This document shows, piece by piece, positions 26,139-32,000 of a DNA stretch of 32,000 nucleotides. This DNA comes from Cylindrospermopsis raciborskii Cr2010. Its GTDB lineage: Bacteria > Cyanobacteriota > Cyanobacteriia > Cyanobacteriales > Nostocaceae. The stretch spans positions 1,320,001-1,352,000 of the forward strand of contig NZ_CP065936.1 in the NCBI RefSeq assembly GCF_003367075.2, written 5' to 3'. Position numbers and translations under genes: made by a program. Position 1 is the stretch's first letter, and each line of letters opens with the position of its first letter. Under the pieces are notes generated by a model, which saw nothing but the letters and a program-made list of their open reading frames with translations, was not told the DNA's origin and ran no database searches.

Positions 26139-26900
26139 TTATCCAACTTGTTTGTAGCGACCACTAAGTTTAATTTCTTGTGGATTGATTCTGCTTACCG
26201 CTTTTTCCAGGGGTAAACAGCGAGTGGTGTTTTTAAAAACATTCACCTGGTAAACCAACTTGTTAGTTATATCCAGTCCGGTCAACCAACCACTGCGGGG
26301 ATGATATACACCAGTGTCAATATCTAGCCACCCTTGACCCTGTGCTAACTCTCCAGGTCTCATTCCTGGCAAGGTAAAGGTGATTGTGTGTCCCGTAATA
26401 ATTAGTTTGTTTGTAAAGTAGGGCGTTTCCATGCTATGAAATTCCTCTCTAATCCAGCATAGATCTCCTCCTGTTTGCTCAGATAAAGACTTATTTGGAT
26501 TGACTCCCGCATGGGCTAACAAAATATCTCCCAAATCAAGATATGTAGGTAAACTGCTAAACCAGTCTAAATCTTCTTGAGGTATTCTTGCGGATCTATA
26601 ACTGGCCATGGTAGCTTGTCCCCCGCTATATAACCATGATTGTACAGCCTTATTTGATGTGTAATGATGAATCATCACATTCAGAAGCATTTCCTCATGA
26701 TTACCTAGGAGACAGGGATAATTATTTTCTTTAACAAACTTGACCACCTGAGCACTTTGTGGACCTCGGTCTATTAAGTCTCCCAGGAAATATACCTGAT
26801 CCCCTGAGTTAGGTGCTATTTTTTCCATTAGGATCATTAGACCTTGATAGTGACCGTGTACATCCCCGATAATAATTCGCCGTGAATTAGTTGCGCTCAT
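26139..26900 (-). CDS. Metallophosphoesterase (PPP-family Ser/Thr phosphatase / ApaH-like)
   Basis: Motifs GDVHG, GDLIDRGP and GNHE appear in canonical order. Confidence 0.8.
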   Translation of the reverse strand: MSATNSRRIIIGDVHGHYQGLMILMEKIAPNSGDQVYFLGDLIDRGPQSAQVVKFVKENNYPCLLGNHEEMLLNVMIHHYTSNKAVQSWLYSGGQATMASYRSARIPQEDLDWFSSLPTYLDLGDILLAHAGVNPNKSLSEQTGGDLCWIREEFHSMETPYFTNKLIITGHTITFTLPGMRPGELAQGQGWLDIDTGVYHPRSGWLTGLDITNKLVYQVNVFKNTTRCLPLEKAVSRINPQEIKLSGRYKQVG

Positions 26901-27187
26901 AAGTGTTTCAATTTGTCTGATAAATTAAAAGTCATTAAGATAAAGATCTTAGATTAAACGTTGTATTTTTACTCTGCTAGTTTTAAACTACACAGTTGTG
27001 AGTTGGTTTTCAGATATAGCGGTTGATTTTTTCTGCAAATCATCTTTAGAGAACTCCTGGATACCCTCGGAGGTGGGTTGTTGACAGTAAATGTTAAGTG
27101 ATATTACAAACTTTAGAAAAATATTGAGAAATTAATCTTAGAGCAATCATGATTTTAAGGTAGAACCTATAGGATAGACGGGAGGCA

Positions 27188-27508
27188 ATGATGAATAAGA
27201 ATAATATTCAAAACTATCGCTTTGTTTGTACCCTCACATTTGGTGATATCTACGGTCAAATTGTTGCTTGGTTAATCACAATTACACTTAGTCTAGCTTC
27301 GGCTTTAGCATTAATAGGTGCTAGAAGACCTGTATATGCTTTAGCTGCGGTAGGACTTGTGGTTGTTTTTACTCTCCCTTTTCTGTTGTTTGCTTTTGTC
27401 ACCACTCTATTAAACCATATAGAGCTAAATGCTGTCGAGTTGGAAACAAAAACACAAGCGACAGCAGATGGTGTTCCGGTGCAAAAACCGATTCAAGCCA
27501 CCAGTTGA
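27188..27508 (+). CDS. Small hypothetical membrane protein (2 predicted TM helices)
   Basis: 106-aa ORF with two long hydrophobic stretches. A clean intrinsic terminator follows. I recognise no motifs. Confidence 0.5.
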   Translation: MMNKNNIQNYRFVCTLTFGDIYGQIVAWLITITLSLASALALIGARRPVYALAAVGLVVVFTLPFLLFAFVTTLLNHIELNAVELETKTQATADGVPVQKPIQATS

Positions 27509-27562
27509 AATCAGTAAAATATGGGTGGTGCTTACCGGTTTAATGACGACTGAAAATAACAT

Positions 27563-27589
27563 CCCTGTTCCCAAACAGGGTATTTTTTT
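27563..27589 (+). terminator. Rho-independent terminator
   Basis: CCCTGTT-CCCA-AACAGGG is followed by TATTTTTTT. It lies 55 bp after the 27188-27508 ORF. Confidence 0.65.
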
Positions 27590-27603
27590 CCAATAGGGGG
27601 TTG

Positions 27604-29337
27604 ATGACGATGATAGAACATGATGTAGTTATTGTTGGTGGTGGTTTAGCTGGATGTCGAGCAGCATTAGAAATTGCCAGAACGGATCCTAGCTTAAAAG
27701 TAGCACTGGTGGCTAAAACCCATCCTATTCGTTCTCACTCGGTAGCTGCTCAGGGGGGAATGGCTGCTTCCCTGAAAAATGTGGATACTCAAGACAGTTG
27801 GCAAGCTCACGCTTTCGATACGGTTAAGGGTTCGGATTACTTAGCAGACCAGGATGCTGTGGCCATTCTCACTCAAGAAGCACCAGATGTGGTGATTGAT
27901 TTAGAACATCTGGGAGTGTTATTTTCTCGTTTACCAGATGGGAGAATTGCTCAAAGGGCTTTTGGTGGACATTCTCATAATCGCACCTGTTACGCAGCTG
28001 ATAAAACCGGTCACGCCATCCTCCATGAGTTGGTTAGTAATTTGCGCCGCTATGGGGTACAAATATATCAAGAGTGGTATGTGACTAAACTGATTATGGA
28101 AGATAATGAAGCCAAAGGTTTAGTTATGTTCCACTTACTAGATAGTAAAATTGCAGTTCTACGCGCCAAGGCAATTATGTTTGCTACTGGTGGCTATGGT
28201 CGTGTTTACAACACTACTTCAAATGATTATGCCTCTACGGGTGATGGTTTGGCAATGACCGCATTAGCTGGACTACCTTTGGAAGATATGGAGTTTGTCC
28301 AATTTCATCCCACTGGTCTATATCCAGTGGGAGTGCTGATCTCCGAAGCGGTTCGAGGAGAAGGTGCCTATTTAATTAATGCTCAAGGTGACCGTTTTAT
28401 GGTGAACTATGCTCCTAGCCGCATGGAGCTGGCACCTCGTGATATTACATCCAGGGCGATCGCCTACGAAATTCGCGCAGGCAGAGGTGCTAGTTTAGAC
28501 GGAACTGCTGGTGGACCCTTTGTTTATTTAGATTTACGACATCTAGGAAGGGAAAAAATCATGAGTAGAGTACCTTTTTGTTGGGAAGAGGCCCATAGGT
28601 TAGTGGGTGTGGATGCGGTCACCCAACCCATGCCAGTGCGTCCCACCATTCATTATTGTATGGGTGGTATTCCGGTGAACACCGATGGACAAGTACGTTG
28701 CAATAGCACTGAGTTAGTTGAGGGCTTTTTTGCCGCTGGAGAAACTGCCTGTGTATCTGTTCACGGTGCCAATCGTTTAGGTAGTAACTCGCTATTAGAA
28801 TGTGTAGTTTATGGCAGACGCACCGGAGCGAAACTGGCGGAATATGTACAAAACCGTAAACTACCAGTTATAGATGAACAAAATTATATAAGAGCGACCG
28901 AGGAAGAGATTGAGAGTTTGTTAGCACAACCGGGAAAATATCGCATCAATCAAATTCGTGAACAACTTCAGGACACAATGACAGATTTTTGTGGAGTATT
29001 TAGAACCGCAGAACTAATGAAAGAAGGATTAGAAAGAATTGAAGAAATTGAAGCTAAGTCTTGTCAGATACACTTAGATGACAAGGGTAAGTGTTGGAAT
29101 ACGGAATTAGTAGAGGCTATGGAGTTAAAGAGCTTAGTGGTGGTTGGTAAAACCATATTAGCATCAGCATTTAGTCGTCGAGAAAGTAGAGGTGCCCATT
29201 TTAGAGAAGATTTTCCCAGTCGAGATGATCATCAATTTTTAAAGCATAGTATGGCTTACTACTCACCATTAAATCTTAGAATAGAGTATATGCCAGTAGT
29301 AGTAAACATGTTTGAGCCCCAGGAGAGGAAATATTAA
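27604..29337 (+). CDS. sdhA: Succinate dehydrogenase / fumarate reductase flavoprotein subunit
   Basis: FAD motif VVIVGGGLAGCRAA, the covalent-FAD region RSHSVAAQGG, plus HPTG and RLGSNSLLE. The start is ATG at 27604 or 27610; the track uses TTG at 27601. Confidence 0.88.
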   Translation: MTMIEHDVVIVGGGLAGCRAALEIARTDPSLKVALVAKTHPIRSHSVAAQGGMAASLKNVDTQDSWQAHAFDTVKGSDYLADQDAVAILTQEAPDVVIDLEHLGVLFSRLPDGRIAQRAFGGHSHNRTCYAADKTGHAILHELVSNLRRYGVQIYQEWYVTKLIMEDNEAKGLVMFHLLDSKIAVLRAKAIMFATGGYGRVYNTTSNDYASTGDGLAMTALAGLPLEDMEFVQFHPTGLYPVGVLISEAVRGEGAYLINAQGDRFMVNYAPSRMELAPRDITSRAIAYEIRAGRGASLDGTAGGPFVYLDLRHLGREKIMSRVPFCWEEAHRLVGVDAVTQPMPVRPTIHYCMGGIPVNTDGQVRCNSTELVEGFFAAGETACVSVHGANRLGSNSLLECVVYGRRTGAKLAEYVQNRKLPVIDEQNYIRATEEEIESLLAQPGKYRINQIREQLQDTMTDFCGVFRTAELMKEGLERIEEIEAKSCQIHLDDKGKCWNTELVEAMELKSLVVVGKTILASAFSRRESRGAHFREDFPSRDDHQFLKHSMAYYSPLNLRIEYMPVVVNMFEPQERKY

Positions 29338-29374
29338 AGATACCGCAAACCCATGGCAAATATAATGTGAGAAA

Positions 29375-30892
29375 ATGGTGCTACCAATAAAAGAAACTAT
29401 GCTGAATAAAACTCAAGATAAAAAAGAAATAGATTGGAAACCAATTATTAAAGAATTCATAGCCGTGCTAGGTGAAAAAGGTGTAGTTCAACGGAAAGAA
29501 GAACTAATAACCTACGAATGTGACGGTTTAACCAGTTATCGTCAAAGACCAGCGGTGGCAGTTTTACCCCGCACCACTGAACAAGTGGCAGCAGTAGTAA
29601 AGATTTGTAACCGGTATTCCATACCCTTTATTGCCAGAGGTTCGGGAACAGGGTTGTCTGGTGGGGCTTTGCCATTGGAGAATTCAGTATTAATTGTCAC
29701 TTCTCTCATGCGGCAAATTCTCAAGATAGATTTAGAGAACCAACGTGTTATTGTCCAACCTGGAATTATCAACAGTTGGGTAACTCAGGCGGTTAGTGGT
29801 GCAGGTTTTTACTTTGCCCCGGATCCTTCGAGTCAAATTATCTGCTCTATTGGTGGTAATATTGCGGAAAATTCTGGAGGTGTACACTGTTTAAAATACG
29901 GTGTGACTACTAACCATGTGTTGGGTCTAAAAATAGTTCTTCCTGATGGGTCAATTACTGATCTTGGCGGACAGATTCCGGAAATGCCCGGTTACGATTT
30001 AACGGGAGTATTTGTGGGTTCAGAAGGAACTTTAGGCATTGCTACGGAAATTACCCTGAAAATCCTCAAAACTGCCGAATCAATTTGTGTATTACTAGCG
30101 GACTTCACCAGCGTAGAAGCTGCTGCAGCTAGTGTGTCTGATATAGTGAGTGCGGGTATAATTCCCGGTGGTATGGAAATGATGGATAACATTAGTATTA
30201 ATGCTGTAGAAGATGTGGTAGCTACTAATTGCTACCCCCGCGATGCAGCGGCAATTTTATTAGTAGAGGTGGATGGATTAGCAGTAGAAGTTAATGCTAA
30301 TAAACAAAAGGTGACAGATATTTGTTTAAAGAATGGAGCGCGTAATATCACAGCTGCATCGGACCCGGAAACGAGATTGAAATTGTGGAAAGGTAGAAAA
30401 GCTGCTTTTGCTGCAGCAGGTCATATCAGCCCAGATTATTACGTTCAAGACGGGGTTATTCCTCGCACCCAACTACCTTATGTTCTCACAGAAATTGAGG
30501 CTTTAAGCCAAAAATATGGTTATAGAATAGCCAATGTTTTTCATGCAGGAGATGGTAATTTACATCCTCTGATTTTATTTGATAATTCCATACCAGGAGA
30601 ATTAGAAAAGGTGGAAGAAGTGGGAGGAGAAATTCTCAAGTTATGTGTGAAAGTTGGTGGTAGCATTTCTGGAGAACATGGTATAGGCGCTGACAAGAAG
30701 TGTTATATGCCAGATATGTTTAGTGATACGGATTTAGAAACTATGCAATGGGTAAGAGAGGTTTTTAACCCTCAGAGCCTAGCTAATCCAGGGAAAATTT
30801 TTCCCACACCGCGTACCTGTGGAGAAGGTGCAAAAGCATCTTCAAGTGCACAATTTTCTTCACAACTTTCACCTCATATAGAAAGGTTTTAA
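29375..30892 (+). CDS. glcD: FAD-linked oxidase, glycolate dehydrogenase subunit GlcD-like
   Basis: FAD_binding_4 motifs (ARGSGTGLSGGA, GGNIAENSGG) and the C-terminal GSISGEHGIG. Confidence 0.82.
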   Translation: MVLPIKETMLNKTQDKKEIDWKPIIKEFIAVLGEKGVVQRKEELITYECDGLTSYRQRPAVAVLPRTTEQVAAVVKICNRYSIPFIARGSGTGLSGGALPLENSVLIVTSLMRQILKIDLENQRVIVQPGIINSWVTQAVSGAGFYFAPDPSSQIICSIGGNIAENSGGVHCLKYGVTTNHVLGLKIVLPDGSITDLGGQIPEMPGYDLTGVFVGSEGTLGIATEITLKILKTAESICVLLADFTSVEAAAASVSDIVSAGIIPGGMEMMDNISINAVEDVVATNCYPRDAAAILLVEVDGLAVEVNANKQKVTDICLKNGARNITAASDPETRLKLWKGRKAAFAAAGHISPDYYVQDGVIPRTQLPYVLTEIEALSQKYGYRIANVFHAGDGNLHPLILFDNSIPGELEKVEEVGGEILKLCVKVGGSISGEHGIGADKKCYMPDMFSDTDLETMQWVREVFNPQSLANPGKIFPTPRTCGEGAKASSSAQFSSQLSPHIERF

Positions 30893-30894
30893 AC

Positions 30895-31086
30895 ATGATT
30901 AAACTCGATCAGTTTTTAAAATTCTTAGGCATTGTCTCCACTGGTGGTCAAGCCAAAATTATGATTGTTAATGGTGAGGTGAAAGTTAATGATATGATTG
31001 AAACTCGAAGGGGGAGAAAATTACTAGTTGATGATATAGTAACTGTGACTGGGAAGACTTTTAAGGTAGGAGATATTATTTCCTAA
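30895..31086 (+). CDS. Small RNA-binding S4-domain protein (YbcJ-like)
   Basis: 63 aa. IKLDQFLK..G..STGGQAK..I..G.V.VNG..ETRRGRKL is the YbcJ-type S4 pattern. It starts 2 nt after the glcD stop. Confidence 0.75.
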   Translation: MIKLDQFLKFLGIVSTGGQAKIMIVNGEVKVNDMIETRRGRKLLVDDIVTVTGKTFKVGDIIS

Positions 31087-31122
31087 CAGTTTCCCAATTT
31101 TCCCAGACCATAATCAGGAATC

Positions 31123-31419
31123 ATGCTGAAATTACCTATGACTATAGATCAATCAAATATGAGACTAATTAAAAAATCTGAAAAGTTGCTTCTAGAACAG
31201 CTCAAGAACACGGAGGTGCAGGAAGAAAGTTCTGAACCTGATATTACAGATAATTTGGAAGACCTACTTCCAGAATCAGGCCTAATTGAAACCGATAGTT
31301 TTTACATCAATTACATTCCCCTGCGAGATAATGCCATAGTTTATTCTGTTGGTAATACAGGTTGGCAGGTTTCCGAAATTTGGAAAGAAATCAGATTGGA
31401 TGATTTCTATCACAGTTAA
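31123..31419 (+). CDS. Hypothetical acidic protein
   Basis: 98-aa ORF with a Glu/Asp-rich middle and no recognisable motif. Confidence 0.4.
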   Translation: MLKLPMTIDQSNMRLIKKSEKLLLEQLKNTEVQEESSEPDITDNLEDLLPESGLIETDSFYINYIPLRDNAIVYSVGNTGWQVSEIWKEIRLDDFYHS

Positions 31420-31527
31420 GAAGAACAGAGCAAGATATTTACTCACCCAGGGAGTGAGGGCATAATTTATCTTGAGTCCCCCCCTGGAACCTTAAAATGT
31501 CGAAAAAGTATCATATATATTTTATTA

Positions 31528-31639
31528 AGTAGGTGGGTGGAATTAAATATAAGATGAACGTAGGTTGGGTTGAAGTATGAAACCCAACACCCCCATCGGT
31601 TACGCCATGGCCCCTACAAATAATTGTGCCTCCCTACTT
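31528..31639 (+). mobile_element. MITE-like non-autonomous element, copy B
   Basis: Same orientation as copy A. 31533-31588 is identical to 1637-1692, and 31613-31625 equals 1719-1731. The 5' end TAAGTAGGTGGGTGGAATT against the reverse complement of the 3' end TAAGTAGGGAGGCACAATT gives 14/19 matches. Confidence 0.55.
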
Positions 31640-31747
31640 ACCATATTAATAAATTAATCTTGTTTATAAATTAATCTTATTTTTAAGTCAGCACACCCAC
31701 ACATAGGTTAGCATAGTAATTTCATGAGATGATAGTATGATGATATC

Positions 31748-32000
31748 ATGATCAGTCGTTTGTTTAACCTGTTCATTGCTGTAGGGTTTTTATTCAGTGT
31801 TATTGTGTTTTCTGTTGCTTCTAATTCCGTTGATTTAAAAACAACAAATAATCCTCTATTAACAGAAATTAGAGGAGTTTGGTTAACCAATGTAGCCAGC
31901 GGGGTACTTTTTGTACCTTGGGGTATAGAACGAGCTATTAATCAATTAGCAGAACTCAATTTCAATACGATTTATCCTGTAGTTTGGAACAGAGGCTACA
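31748..32000 (+). CDS. Glycoside-hydrolase-like family 10 (DUF187/YngK-like) protein, 3'-truncated by the window edge
   Basis: ATG at 31748, open to the window end. It has a signal/anchor (MISRLFNLFIAVGFLFSVIVF) followed by IRGVWLTNVASGVLF...ELNFNTIYPVVWNRGY, which is typical of this family. It is not in the ORF track because it has no stop. Confidence 0.65.
   Translation, partial: MISRLFNLFIAVGFLFSVIVFSVASNSVDLKTTNNPLLTEIRGVWLTNVASGVLFVPWGIERAINQLAELNFNTIYPVVWNRGY

Overview
This looks like an ordinary chromosomal segment of a cyanobacterium, probably a Nostocales-type filamentous strain. The evidence is 10 HIP1 octamers (GCGATCGC), a split-intein dnaE-C gene, psbY, pilMNO, cynS, cofG, and GTAGGTTGGGTT-type small dispersed repeats. 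I support about 31 protein genes, most of them housekeeping: PtsI-like fragment, MoeA, DnaE-C, M16 and M48 peptidases, FolC, PilMNO, rubrerythrin, TsaC, MazG, CofG, cyanase, SdhA, GlcD. I also support one tRNA-Val(UAC), one psbY gene too short for the ORF track, and a 3'-truncated gene at the window end. I found no rRNA, CRISPR array, transposase, integrase or recognisable multi-gene defence island. The most unusual items follow. (1) An AAA-ATPase/PD-(D/E)XK-nuclease gene sits directly after dnaE-C and is bracketed by an exact 31-bp direct repeat that also supplies part of the dnaE-C stop codon. (2) Two same-orientation copies of a ~110-bp MITE-like element have TIRs, one with a 7-bp flanking duplication, and share conserved arms around a divergent core. 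(3) A 440-bp ORF-free gap carries a strong minus-strand intrinsic terminator, a candidate sRNA. (4) The pilMNO operon ends without pilQ. (5) An orphan cynS lies between an uncharacterised ORF and an M48 peptidase. None of these is demonstrably a new system from sequence alone. All functional calls rest on motif recognition from memory, not on database searches.
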